A stretch of DNA of 59,955 bases, taken from positions 1-59,955 of the forward strand of contig JBBSVN010000016.1 of NCBI GenBank assembly GCA_038046765.1, in the 5' to 3' direction. This stretch comes from Candidatus Micrarchaeota archaeon (GTDB lineage Archaea; Micrarchaeota; Micrarchaeia; Anstonellales; Bilamarchaeaceae). A program made the position numbers and the translations under genes. Below, in pieces: positions 29,575 to 39,652 of this stretch. Position 1 is the first letter of the stretch, and every line of letters begins with the position of its first letter. The notes beneath the pieces are model-generated. The model was given only the letters and a program-made list of their open reading frames with translations. It was not told the DNA's origin and made no database searches.

Positions 29575-31025
29575 TTTATTTCATAAGGTCCTATATCAAC
29601 TTTATTTCTCATGTTTCCTTTAATATCTTTACCTGGCGCGTTAATTCCGTTAAAACTATTTGTTCCCGCATCCAATACATTGCTGTTTTGTTTAGGAATA
29701 AAACTGGAGTCAAGATTTGGGTCAGTGTAAATGCTATTTTTATCATTATTTCCTAATCGCTCACCGTTAGCATAACTTCGTTGTGTTTTCTCTTCAAATA
29801 TTTCTTCATCATCTCTACTAAACCAAATATTATAATCGGAATAAAAGCTAACACCCTTTCCTAAATAAATTCCAGTTTGATCTGTTCCAGGGCTATTTTT
29901 GTAAACAATATTATTGAAAAAATAAACTTGCAAGTTATCATTCTTACCTAATGCAACTGGTTCATCATAACCAATTATCGATCCATAATCTCGTCCTTCG
30001 ATTCCGTTTCCAGCAATTAGTGAATTTACAACTTCGTATCGCGCATTATATATAAGTGCTAAACCTGCAATTCCATTTGATTTTACTAATGTATTAACTA
30101 CTTTTCCCCCATTCCAAAGTTTAAGGCCATTTAACCCATTTCTATAAATCTCGCTGTTTGCTACGCTAACATCTGCGCTTTTTTGGCTAAATATTGGAGT
30201 ACGAGAACCAATATCGACTCCATCCCCGCCATTATTTCGAGAGGTTACATTATCCAATAAAATGTTATCTCCAACTTCAACCGCAAATCCATCTGCTCCA
30301 AAATTACCCTCGCTGCTAATTCCATTTTTTTCAAGTAAACTGTTTGTCAAAGTTAATCCAATGCATGGACCAGGTGTACAATCAATCCCCCCAACTGCGT
30401 TATCGTGAATGTATAAATTGTTCATTACTAAATTTGTTACACTTCCAAATTGTGGTTTCTTACCGCTTTCGCCAACTGTTAAATGAATTCCCGTATCTGC
30501 TTTTTCAATTTCAACATTTTCTATTCTAATATTATCGTTTCCACCATAAAGAGAAAGCGCCCAGTTGTTTTTTAGGTTTGTCATTTTAATATTGTTTATT
30601 TCTACATTACTTATTCCAGGACGTAAAATTAGCCCGTCCCCCCCTGTATTCGTGCCATCAATAACTACTTTCCCATTTCCAATTATTACAATTGGGTTTT
30701 CTTTAGTTCCAGAATTAGTTAATTCCAGTGCTTCATTGTATGTTCCCTGTTCGATTACTAACTGACTACCTGCACTTATTTTTGATAAACCATAATTTAT
30801 AGTTTTCCATGGTTTGTCTTTCGATCCATTATTCTCATCTAACCCTGCTGATGAAACATAATATGCATTTCTAGCGGAGGCTATTTTGGTTCCTACATCT
30901 ATACTGGTTTTTACCTCTAAATTATTCTCCTGTTTTTGTGTGGAAATACAACCTCCAACTAAAATCATAATCAGAACAATTGCAAAAACTCTAACAAATG
31001 CATTGAAATTTTCATCCTTTCTCAT
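29571..31025 (-). CDS. Putative lipoprotein with right-handed parallel beta-helix repeats
   Basis: Lipobox VGGC; YYVSSAG.DENNGSKDKPWKTI start; Asn/Gly-rich repeats; C-terminal DIGPYE. Confidence 0.8.
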   Translation of the reverse strand: MRKDENFNAFVRVFAIVLIMILVGGCISTQKQENNLEVKTSIDVGTKIASARNAYYVSSAGLDENNGSKDKPWKTINYGLSKISAGSQLVIEQGTYNEALELTNSGTKENPIVIIGNGKVVIDGTNTGGDGLILRPGISNVEINNIKMTNLKNNWALSLYGGNDNIRIENVEIEKADTGIHLTVGESGKKPQFGSVTNLVMNNLYIHDNAVGGIDCTPGPCIGLTLTNSLLEKNGISSEGNFGADGFAVEVGDNILLDNVTSRNNGGDGVDIGSRTPIFSQKSADVSVANSEIYRNGLNGLKLWNGGKVVNTLVKSNGIAGLALIYNARYEVVNSLIAGNGIEGRDYGSIIGYDEPVALGKNDNLQVYFFNNIVYKNSPGTDQTGIYLGKGVSFYSDYNIWFSRDDEEIFEEKTQRSYANGERLGNNDKNSIYTDPNLDSSFIPKQNSNVLDAGTNSFNGINAPGKDIKGNMRNKVDIGPYEIN

Positions 31026-31054
31026 AATTATCTTAGGTAGCTATTGTTTAAAAA

Positions 31055-31933
31055 GTGTATTTTAGTATTAGTTACAAGATGGTTATGTTAAAATTTAATC
31101 TATTTTCAATACTATTAATATTATTCCTCATAACTACAAGTTTTTCTGTTGAAACTGGGTCTGATGATATTTCTCGTACTATCGGTTTATTTTATTCTGG
31201 TATTTGCGTTGTCATTATTCTGCTGATAATCGTTTTACTATATGTTTTTGAAAACAAATTCAATTCCATAGTCGTTCTTATTATTGGTGCAATAATTACT
31301 CTATTGGTAAGTTACTATGTAACTGCTAATTACGAAATTAATCTTGAGCGCAGTGTTTTAATCGGTTCAGGCTATGCTGGATTTTTTTTCTTAGTAATTA
31401 CTTTATTAATTGGTCCCTTAGCTAGAGTTTTCAAAACAAGATTTTTTGTATCCTTAATCATGCATCGAAGGAATCTAGGAGTTCTTTCTTTTATCTTGGT
31501 TTTAATTCATACTTTTTTAGTTTTAAAAGTAACTTATTCCTGGGAATTTCTTAATTTATATTTTTGGAATACTGATGGAGTTTACACGTTAAGGCAAGAT
31601 CGTCATGGCATCTCAATAATGCTAGGATCTTTAGCATTTATTCTTTTTACTGTGCTAGCTATTACATCAAATAAAACTGCATTAATTCTTCTTAAAAAAC
31701 ACTGGAAAACAATACAGCGCCTTAGTTATACTGTATTTGTACTTTCTGTTTTGCACATATTTCTTTACAGAAACTTTCTGCCACAATCTAAAGAAATTCA
31801 AACGCTATTTTTTGGTTTAATTGCAATCGTAGTTATACTCCAATTATCTGGTTTTGTTTCTACTCTGCTTAATACATATAAAAATAAACCTCAATCACCC
31901 CCTAACCCGCCATTACCAACAAATAAAATTTAA
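31055..31933 (+). CDS. Ferric-reductase-like transmembrane (MsrQ-like) protein
   Basis: RRNLGV...H, LAITS, WKTIQRLSY...LH; start uncertain. Confidence 0.8.
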   Translation: MYFSISYKMVMLKFNLFSILLILFLITTSFSVETGSDDISRTIGLFYSGICVVIILLIIVLLYVFENKFNSIVVLIIGAIITLLVSYYVTANYEINLERSVLIGSGYAGFFFLVITLLIGPLARVFKTRFFVSLIMHRRNLGVLSFILVLIHTFLVLKVTYSWEFLNLYFWNTDGVYTLRQDRHGISIMLGSLAFILFTVLAITSNKTALILLKKHWKTIQRLSYTVFVLSVLHIFLYRNFLPQSKEIQTLFFGLIAIVVILQLSGFVSTLLNTYKNKPQSPPNPPLPTNKI

Positions 31934-31968
31934 TTAGGTATTAAAACATTTTCGCACAATACTATTTC

Positions 31969-32730
31969 ATGGCAAAACAAGAAAAGGCAGAACTAGACCG
32001 AATTTTTGAATATACTAACCAGTTTTATAACGCTAATAAGAATATGTTGGTGCTTTTTTCAATTCCATTTATTTTGGCATCCCTTATCCCACTTTTAGTT
32101 TCTGCCCCCACATATATTACTCTTGGGGGTACATATATTCGTACAGGTAGTTTTCCAGATTTTAGTGTCCTGGACGTTTTGTTTACTGTTGTTGCCTATG
32201 CCGTTTCTGTATTCTTAATCGCTGACACTATCGTCAATATCAATTTAATTGTAAAATCAAAAAGGACTATGTTAAAGACGCCTTATGATATTCTTAAAAA
32301 AGGAGCTAGCGAGTACGTCCTAAGAATATTTTTAGTCCTAACTTTGTTAGTTCTTCTAACAGCTGCACTACAACTCCTAACTTACGATCTATCTATTCAA
32401 AAATTTGTTTATCCATTACTGACATTTCTTGTCTATTTCTTTACATTCTTCTTTGCACAAGCTGTTATTATTGATGATAGCGATACTGCGTCTGCAATAT
32501 ATCGATCCATTTCATTAGCAACAAAAAAATGGTACCTTGTTTTATTATGGACTTTTATCGGTTTGGTCGGTTTATCTATAACAAAATTTTTAGGGGATTT
32601 ATTATTTGGAGGGTTTTCCGAGTTTTTCGTACTCTTAGTTAATTCTCTTGTTATTTTACCATATTTGATCGTATTACAGGTTCAAATATACATGGAAAAG
32701 TATCCTTTAAGCTTGCACGAGTACAAGTAG
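31969..32730 (+). CDS. Hypothetical multi-pass membrane protein
   Basis: About six hydrophobic helices. Confidence 0.7.
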   Translation: MAKQEKAELDRIFEYTNQFYNANKNMLVLFSIPFILASLIPLLVSAPTYITLGGTYIRTGSFPDFSVLDVLFTVVAYAVSVFLIADTIVNINLIVKSKRTMLKTPYDILKKGASEYVLRIFLVLTLLVLLTAALQLLTYDLSIQKFVYPLLTFLVYFFTFFFAQAVIIDDSDTASAIYRSISLATKKWYLVLLWTFIGLVGLSITKFLGDLLFGGFSEFFVLLVNSLVILPYLIVLQVQIYMEKYPLSLHEYK

Positions 32731-32765
32731 TTACCTTTTTATATTTAGTGCTCGAGTATTTTTAC

Positions 32766-32924
32766 ATGGTAAGTAAATCTAAATCATCTAAGAAGACTGT
32801 TAAGAAGCCTGTAAAGAAACAGGAAATGCATGGAAGAGATGCAAGTGGGAAAGAAAAGCATTCAAAAGTTAAGAAATTGATTGACTTTGCAAAACACCAC
32901 ATTAAAAAATTAATAAAAAGATAA
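32766..32924 (+). CDS. Small Lys-rich basic protein (52 aa)
   Basis: MVSKSKSSKKTVKKPVKK...LIDFAKHHIKKLIKR; TATA-like box ~25 nt upstream, T-rich tract downstream. Confidence 0.6.
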   Translation: MVSKSKSSKKTVKKPVKKQEMHGRDASGKEKHSKVKKLIDFAKHHIKKLIKR

Positions 32925-32954
32925 TTTTAATTCTTTATTCTATTTTTTACTTTT

Positions 32955-33206
32955 TTATCTAGAAATTGCTTCATCCCTAACATCATGCATTCCAGTTTTT
33001 TCTATTTGAGCTAATCTGTTTCTAGAATTAGAATATGCTAAAATTGATATAAAATTTAAGACTTTAGCACCTTCTAGTAACTTAGCCATTTCTTGAGCAT
33101 AAACTCTCTCTATAGTTGCCTTTGGAATGTTTGGGAATTTCGATGCAAGTTTGTCTACATCAGCTCTTTTACTTGAATCAATGTCTACTTTTTTTTGTAT
33201 AAGCAT
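32955..33206 (-). CDS. Three-helix-bundle (DUF3562-like) small protein
   Basis: LASKFP...IERVY..EMAKLLEGAKVLNFISILA; GGTGA RBS before ATG 33206. Confidence 0.6.
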   Translation of the reverse strand: MLIQKKVDIDSSKRADVDKLASKFPNIPKATIERVYAQEMAKLLEGAKVLNFISILAYSNSRNRLAQIEKTGMHDVRDEAISR

Positions 33207-33237
33207 AAACGTCACCTTATCGTTAAAAATAAAAAAT

Positions 33238-33407
33238 CGCTGAGGGCAGGATTGACAGCTTGCTGGCAATTTTTGATCGCCAGATCAAAGCTTTTGAACC
33301 TACGATCCACGAGGGACCGGTTTTCAAGACCGGCGCACTACCGAGTTTCGCGCCTTGTGCGAAATTCTTGAACGAATGTTTCGTTCAAGGCTCTATGCGA
33401 CCTCAGC
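33238..33407 (-). tRNA. tRNA-Ser(TGA) with two insertions (D-loop ~49 nt, T-loop 41 nt)
   Basis: Acceptor GCTGAGG/CCTCAGC+G, anticodon arm CCGGT-CTTGAAA-ACCGG, variable arm, T-stem GTAGG/CCTGC; inserts at ~33344-33392 and 33252-33292. Confidence 0.88.
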
Positions 33408-33539
33408 ATAAATTAAAGTCTAGACTTAGATATGGATAACCCTATTAATGTTATCTAAAATATATTAGTACATAAAGGCTTTAAAACAGATTTCAAGAAT
33501 GACTTCTTTATTTATAATGATAAAAACATAGGTAATACT

Positions 33540-34553
33540 ATGACAGGAGCACTAGAAACGGAATATACTACCTTAATAAGAGAAATAAAATCGATCTTAT
33601 CTAAAGCTCGCTACACATCATTTACTGCAGTCAATACAGAAATGCTCAAAGCTTATTTTGAAATAGGAAGAAAGATTGTTGAAGAAGAACAAAAAGGGGG
33701 GGAAAGGGCAACTTACGGAGGGAACTTACTTGAGAAGCTATCCAAAGAACTAACAAAAGAGTTTGGAAAAGGATATAGCTTGAGTACTCTGAAAAACATG
33801 AGATTATTTTATAAAACTTATAATGACTCAATTAGCCAGACAGTGTCTGGCCAATCCTATAAATTGACTTGGTCTCACTACTGTGAACTAATAAAAATTG
33901 ATGAAGAGCTAAAAAGAAGGTATTTCGAAAAGTATACTATTGCAGAGAATCTAAGCGTAAGGGAACTAAAAAGACAGATTTATTCTTTGCATTATGAGCG
34001 ACTTTTATTAAGTAAAGATAAAAAAGGACTTATGGCACTGGATGCGAAAGGTAGTGTTCCTGATAAACCCGAAGATCTTATCAAAGATCCTTATGTTCTT
34101 GAATTTCTTAATTTATCGGAGAACCATGAATACAGTGAAAAAGAACTAGAAACTAGAATACTTAACGATCTTCAAAAGTTTTTGTTAGAGCTTGGTCAGG
34201 GATTTAGCTTTGTAGCCAGGCAAAAGAGAATCACTTTGGACAACGACCATTTTTATATTGACCTTCTTTTTTATAATATCTATCTTAGGTGCTACGTAGT
34301 TATCGAATTGAAAACTGGAAAATTCCAACCAGCAGATGCAGGGCAATTAAATTTTTATCTAAATTACATTAAAAAAGAGATGAATAGGGAAAACGATTCT
34401 GAACCAATAGGGATTATTTTGTGCACGGGAAAGGAAAAGGTCCAAGTGGAATTTACAACGATTGGAATATCCAACAAACTTTTTGTTTCGAAATACAAAT
34501 TATATTTACCAACAAAAGAAGAACTTGAAAAAGAAGTGAGGAAATTACTATGA
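33540..34553 (+). CDS. YhcG/DUF1016 PD-(D/E)xK nuclease-domain protein
   Basis: LTWSHY, IKDPYVLEFL, FLLELGQGF, DLLFY...VIELK, GQLNFY. Confidence 0.92.
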   Translation: MTGALETEYTTLIREIKSILSKARYTSFTAVNTEMLKAYFEIGRKIVEEEQKGGERATYGGNLLEKLSKELTKEFGKGYSLSTLKNMRLFYKTYNDSISQTVSGQSYKLTWSHYCELIKIDEELKRRYFEKYTIAENLSVRELKRQIYSLHYERLLLSKDKKGLMALDAKGSVPDKPEDLIKDPYVLEFLNLSENHEYSEKELETRILNDLQKFLLELGQGFSFVARQKRITLDNDHFYIDLLFYNIYLRCYVVIELKTGKFQPADAGQLNFYLNYIKKEMNRENDSEPIGIILCTGKEKVQVEFTTIGISNKLFVSKYKLYLPTKEELEKEVRKLL

Positions 34554-35842
34554 CCGTTACAGTAATCGTAGGAATGCAATTTGGAGATGAAGGAAAAGGT
34601 AAAGTTATTGACTTACTAGCCCAAAATTATGATTATATCGTAAGGTATAACGGCGGGGATAATGCTGGTCACACAATAAAGCACAAGGATACCAAATTTG
34701 CGTTACATCTGCTTCCTAGTGGTATATTCTATCCTGACAAATTCAAAGTAATCGCAAATGGGGTCGTAGTAAATCCAGAAACTCTTCTAAAAGAAATTAA
34801 CGATGTTGAAAAAGCTGGTTTCAGCATGAAAAATTTAATCGTAAGTGAATGCGCTCACATTGTAATGCCTTGGCATAAATTACTTGATGGAATCGAAGAT
34901 GAGAAAAACTTCATAGGCACAACTAAAAAAGGAATGGGTCCAGTATTTGCAGATAAAGCAATGCGAACTACTGCAATACGGATTTGTGATTTATACGATG
35001 AGAAATCCCTAAAAGAAAAATTATCTAGAATTGCCAAAATAAAAGAAAAAATAATCAAGAGCTATGAACGAAAGGAAGCAAGTGAAAAAGCCAATTTTGA
35101 TGTAAATGAATTATTTTTGACTTTAAAAAGCTTTGGTCAGAAGATTAGACCATACGTAAAAGATACAACCTTATTTTTAAATGAAGCGATTGAAAAAAAT
35201 CGGAACGTTATGCTCGAATCTGCTCAAGCATCGTTACTTGATATTGATCATGGGACTTACCCATTTGTTACTTCTTCTCATCCAACAAGCGCTGGCGCAT
35301 GTGTTGGTACTGGTATCGCTCCTAAGAAAATAACTAATATAATCGGCGTATCCAAAGCTTATACTACACGCGTTGGTTCTGGTCCATTTCCAACTGAATT
35401 ACTAGATAAGACTGGGGAAAAACTAAGGGAAATTGGCAGAGAATTTGGAACAACTACTGGAAGACCTAGAAGATGCGGATGGTTAGATTTAGTTATGCTT
35501 AGGTATGCGGTAATGCTTAATGGAACAGATGAATTGTTAATTACTAAATTAGACGTACTTAATTCCTTTGATGAAATAAAAGCATGTGTTGCCTATGAAA
35601 TTGATGGGAAAAGGATTGAGAACTTACCAGCAAGTAGCGAAAAATTAGCAAAAGCTAAACCCATTTATCGGACGTTTAAAGGCTGGGATAAAATTAACGA
35701 AAGTGATTGGATTGAAGCTGTACAAACTAAGGTCATACCTGCAAAAGCAAGAGAATATTTAGAATTTATTGAGAAGGAATTGGGCGTAAAGATAACTATG
35801 TTGTCCTTTGGGCCTGAAAGGGAAAAGACGATTATACTTTAA
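34550..35842 (+). CDS. purA: Adenylosuccinate synthetase
   Basis: QFGDEGKGK, NAGHT, HGTYPFVTSS, TTTGRPRRCGW, TKLD. Confidence 0.97.
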   Translation: MTVTVIVGMQFGDEGKGKVIDLLAQNYDYIVRYNGGDNAGHTIKHKDTKFALHLLPSGIFYPDKFKVIANGVVVNPETLLKEINDVEKAGFSMKNLIVSECAHIVMPWHKLLDGIEDEKNFIGTTKKGMGPVFADKAMRTTAIRICDLYDEKSLKEKLSRIAKIKEKIIKSYERKEASEKANFDVNELFLTLKSFGQKIRPYVKDTTLFLNEAIEKNRNVMLESAQASLLDIDHGTYPFVTSSHPTSAGACVGTGIAPKKITNIIGVSKAYTTRVGSGPFPTELLDKTGEKLREIGREFGTTTGRPRRCGWLDLVMLRYAVMLNGTDELLITKLDVLNSFDEIKACVAYEIDGKRIENLPASSEKLAKAKPIYRTFKGWDKINESDWIEAVQTKVIPAKAREYLEFIEKELGVKITMLSFGPEREKTIIL

Positions 35843-35844
35843 AC

Positions 35845-37134
35845 TTAAATTTCGATCTCGATCTTTGTTTGTACTGCTATTTGCATTATCATTCTAACTA
35901 AATTTTTTCCTTTTTCGCTTAGAATAAATTTGTTCTGTTCCGCTTCTTGGATTAATCGATGCTCCAAGCAGAAATTTTTAGAACTTTTAGTTCCATCACA
36001 ATCAGAATTATTAATTGAAAAAGGCATATCTTGATCTAGTCCTAGCTTTGAAAGGTTTAAGATAGCATGATTCTGAGTAATCCTATCAATAACTGGATTG
36101 TAAATAACATTTCCAAACTGTTCGAATATTGGGAGCTTTGATATAAGTACTCCTAAACCTAATTCATCAAACAGAAAAGAAAGATGATAGACAAGTTGCT
36201 CATCAGATAAATCCGAACTTGGAATATGGGCTTGTGATAATTTTTGTAATCCATCTTTCCCATCTGATTTTTTATCCTCATGCATTGCTTTTACGCTCAG
36301 TCTTAGAATGTCGCGAATTTTTATCCTTCTTGCTGCGTTTGAACAAACGATTTCAAGACCGCCTTCAGCACATTTTTTACCAATAATTTGAAGCAGAGGC
36401 AAGTCTCGAATTTCACCTGTTCTTTCAAGAGTTTCAATTGCACTATGCGGTGGTGTGATTAGAGTATTAGGAGCTTTAAATTGTTCAAATAGATTCAAAC
36501 TTAAATTGACATAATCGGACGCACTAGCTAAAACCCATGCACGCGCAATCTTTCTTGCAATGTCTATGCAGATTAAACCAATTTTATCAGAAAAGATGCC
36601 TTCTTTGTTATTAAGATAAGCATTAACTAGACCTTGAAAAATACCGTGTGCTAAAGTATAATTCCCTTGTTTTAGAAATTCTAATCCAGAATAGAATATC
36701 TGCTCGTATGCATGTTTTTTCTGTTCTTCACTTGTGCAATAACGTTCTATAAAATAGATCTGGTAACGGACAGAAGACCAGTTATCTTTTTTTAATTTTT
36801 CAAAGATTTTGGAGTCTAAATCAATCGATACATCCAACTGATAAAGATTTGGTAGATCATTTAGTTCTCTTAAAACTTTTGGAGTTATTTGAACTGCATA
36901 TGCGATAGGGTCAATTGTTAAAGCTTGCAAGGGGTCTTGTTTTTGGCTTCCATTAGAAAGTTTTTTAGAAGAAGGAACTAAAGCAGGGGCTCGGCTAGAA
37001 ACATGTGGCATCAGACCAAGAACATTAGCTAAGTCTGGGTCATTCTTTTTCCTAAATCGATGAATTCCATTTCCAATATTGTATTCTGTTCCAGGAGCAG
37101 GTAAGCGTTCTCTTTCATTTCTATATCTAACCAT
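35845..37134 (-). CDS. Hypothetical protein (helical)
   Basis: 429-aa ORF, no recognised motif. Confidence 0.65.
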   Translation of the reverse strand: MVRYRNERERLPAPGTEYNIGNGIHRFRKKNDPDLANVLGLMPHVSSRAPALVPSSKKLSNGSQKQDPLQALTIDPIAYAVQITPKVLRELNDLPNLYQLDVSIDLDSKIFEKLKKDNWSSVRYQIYFIERYCTSEEQKKHAYEQIFYSGLEFLKQGNYTLAHGIFQGLVNAYLNNKEGIFSDKIGLICIDIARKIARAWVLASASDYVNLSLNLFEQFKAPNTLITPPHSAIETLERTGEIRDLPLLQIIGKKCAEGGLEIVCSNAARRIKIRDILRLSVKAMHEDKKSDGKDGLQKLSQAHIPSSDLSDEQLVYHLSFLFDELGLGVLISKLPIFEQFGNVIYNPVIDRITQNHAILNLSKLGLDQDMPFSINNSDCDGTKSSKNFCLEHRLIQEAEQNKFILSEKGKNLVRMIMQIAVQTKIEIEI

Positions 37135-37207
37135 AAAAACCTAGTAATAAATTAGAATGGAAGTTGTTATATAACTAACGTTTTAACAGAAAGTGCCACT
37201 TAAAAGG

Positions 37208-38413
37208 TTAATGTAATCTAACTGCTTGTGGTTTTGGTGATCTAAGCAAATGGGTTAAGTCAGATGGTTTATACACTTTTACCCCATTTCCATAATTTAC
37301 TGCCCTTAATCTTTGCCCTCTAAGTAATTGGAAAAGTTTTTCCCTATCTGGGTATTCATCCTTTTCAAAATCGGTCATAAGACGGCCTGCTGCAACAAGA
37401 TTTCCAAAAAGAACTGATGACCTAATGCACCTGCAAGAAGAATAAGCAACGCTAAAACCAGACCAGAATGCATCTCCAGCACCCGTATATCTTTTTGGGT
37501 TTATATCCATTGTTGGAACTAACCACGGTTCTTGGCGGTATATTTCTTCGTTTGGATGAACTGCAAAAGAAACTGTGCTTCCATGAATTACTAGCCATGT
37601 ATTTAACTTAGTCCTACTAAAAGTTTCACTAATAACCTTTTGTGCCAGGGCGATCTCATTTTCTTCTGGGTTAAAACCAAATTCTTTTGCAAGATTTTTA
37701 AGTTCATTAGAATTAGCTGAAAAAATAATCTCGGCATCGTAATTGAGATCACATATTCTTTGACAGAGTTGTCCGAACAGTCCCTTTCTTCTTTTATCCT
37801 CGTCATACCCCAAATCTAAAAAAATATTTTTTCTAAGTTCTAATATCCCGTTTAACACAGGCAGATCTAAATTGCAAATCGTAATCCAATCCTTGGTCTG
37901 TAAATCAAGTAATTTTATTCTATGCACATACTCCTCTATTTGTGCATCGGTTACACCACTTAAGGTCGTACCTCTAAACAGGATATTATCATCCAAAAGT
38001 TCTAAAATTATGTTGTCATAATGGGGGATTACTATAGAATATAGATCTAATTCCATTCCGTTTTCTTTTGCAATTTTTTTGGCAAATTCTATTGTTTCTT
38101 CACTTGCAAATACTAAAGAAGAAATGTTTTTTGCACCTATTGTCTTAGCTTCCAAGTGACAGGGTATAGCCCCTCCGCCTATTCTTGCACCAGACATACC
38201 CGTTAATTTTGATGTTTTTATTGGTAAACTCCCAATAGGAACGCCGTAAACTTGATGTATTACATCTGGACCAATAGATTCAAATAATTGTTGCCTTGTA
38301 ATTGGCATTACGATAATTCGATCTATAACTGCTTTAAGTCCTACAACTAGTTTCCCGCTAAAATCGTCAATTCGAGAATAAACTTCATTAAGAAATTGCA
38401 TGGTTTCGTCCAT
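37208..38413 (-). CDS. Divergent PfkB/ribokinase-superfamily kinase
   Basis: YTGAGDAFWSGF...GNLVA signature; N-terminal GGG. Confidence 0.65.
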   Translation of the reverse strand: MDETMQFLNEVYSRIDDFSGKLVVGLKAVIDRIIVMPITRQQLFESIGPDVIHQVYGVPIGSLPIKTSKLTGMSGARIGGGAIPCHLEAKTIGAKNISSLVFASEETIEFAKKIAKENGMELDLYSIVIPHYDNIILELLDDNILFRGTTLSGVTDAQIEEYVHRIKLLDLQTKDWITICNLDLPVLNGILELRKNIFLDLGYDEDKRRKGLFGQLCQRICDLNYDAEIIFSANSNELKNLAKEFGFNPEENEIALAQKVISETFSRTKLNTWLVIHGSTVSFAVHPNEEIYRQEPWLVPTMDINPKRYTGAGDAFWSGFSVAYSSCRCIRSSVLFGNLVAAGRLMTDFEKDEYPDREKLFQLLRGQRLRAVNYGNGVKVYKPSDLTHLLRSPKPQAVRLH

Positions 38414-38477
38414 GTAATTATCTATCGCAAAAACGATTTAAAAATAGTACTGAAAAAGGGAATTGAAAAGACGAATG

Positions 38478-39260
38478 TTAAGAAGTTTCCAAATGTTTCC
38501 TAACTTCACTTATAAATGCGCGAATCGAATCTTTTACTTCGTTTAAAGCAACTCTTTGCATTTGAGTAAATACTGTCTCAAAGCTTTTTTCAAATGGTTC
38601 GGATGTACGACTAATTATTTGTGCAAATCTTTGGGCCGTTGCTTCGATTTGATTTCTAAATGCAAAAATTACTAAGTTTGCCCGGCTACTTCTTTGATCG
38701 CTTGCAACCGTTGGATTAATTATCGTTGCTAGTAGTAATGCTGGATCTGCAAGTTCAATAAGAACAGAACCACGAGTGGGGGTAACGATTGCAATTTTTA
38801 GAGTATGTTCAAAATCAGAAGGATCTACTATTATTGGTCCGACGTTTTGATAAAACAGGTCAACATTTGGAACATCAGTCATTCTGAATAATCCATATTT
38901 GCTAGGGGTAATTTTTGTTCTTGTCCCGCTCATTGTTCCAAAACTAGTATCAATAGAATCAATAAGTGATGCTCTGACTAACGCTGTCCTGGATTCGTCT
39001 GGAATTGAGTGCGCAACTAAGTCAATATCTGTTGCAATAAGTGTACTTGCTCTGCCTTTTTGTTCAGAATCCGAATAAATTCTACATGCAAGACCTCCTA
39101 AAAGGAGCGTACGGATACCTAATTCGCTAGCTCGGACTACTGCACCAGGCAAAGTCTCTAAAAGCGGCAGTTCTGATTTTGTTAAAGTGCTTGAGTGAGC
39201 AACTTCTTTAGGTGTGTAAATGGTATATATTTTTTCTTTTACAAATACGAGTCTTGTCAT
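38478..39260 (-). CDS. Putative nucleotidyltransferase-fold protein
   Basis: LLGGLA...ATDIDLV...VDLF motifs. Confidence 0.5.
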   Translation of the reverse strand: MTRLVFVKEKIYTIYTPKEVAHSSTLTKSELPLLETLPGAVVRASELGIRTLLLGGLACRIYSDSEQKGRASTLIATDIDLVAHSIPDESRTALVRASLIDSIDTSFGTMSGTRTKITPSKYGLFRMTDVPNVDLFYQNVGPIIVDPSDFEHTLKIAIVTPTRGSVLIELADPALLLATIINPTVASDQRSSRANLVIFAFRNQIEATAQRFAQIISRTSEPFEKSFETVFTQMQRVALNEVKDSIRAFISEVRKHLETS

Positions 39261-39372
39261 GTACTAATTATACATTTAAAGTATTTAAATGTTATGTTTT
39301 ATTGTTCTACATGGTTTTAAAAGAGCAAACATTTATAAACAGTGTCCATCTAGTATGATTAATGTGATTAGT

Positions 39373-39648
39373 ATGAATAAGATGAAAATAAAAACCGTAA
39401 TGATGAACGCACGAGGAGTAATAGTTATACCACAGGAAATAAGAGAAGACCTTCAATTAGAAAATGGTGCGTCCTTGGTTTTAATAGAAACAAATAATGA
39501 AATAATCCTTAAAAAAGAAGAGGATGTAGCAAGAGCACTAACAAATCATGAGGATAAAATATGGAAAAAACTTTCCGAAGAATCATTAAAAAGAGCATGG
39601 GAAAAAGAAGACGAAGTTTGGGACAAATTAGCTAAAAAATTAAAGTGA
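39373..39648 (+). CDS. AbrB/MazE-family antitoxin
   Basis: RGVIVIPQEIREDLQLENG; C-terminal W..LSEESLKRAW..EDEVWD. Confidence 0.85.
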   Translation: MNKMKIKTVMMNARGVIVIPQEIREDLQLENGASLVLIETNNEIILKKEEDVARALTNHEDKIWKKLSEESLKRAWEKEDEVWDKLAKKLK

Positions 39649-39652
39649 GCGT

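Noticed and set aside
33207..33269. CxxC-like N-terminus (MPASCQSC) of ORF 32955..33269
   Set aside because: It overlaps the tRNA-Ser 3' end and intron; the RBS supports a start at 33206
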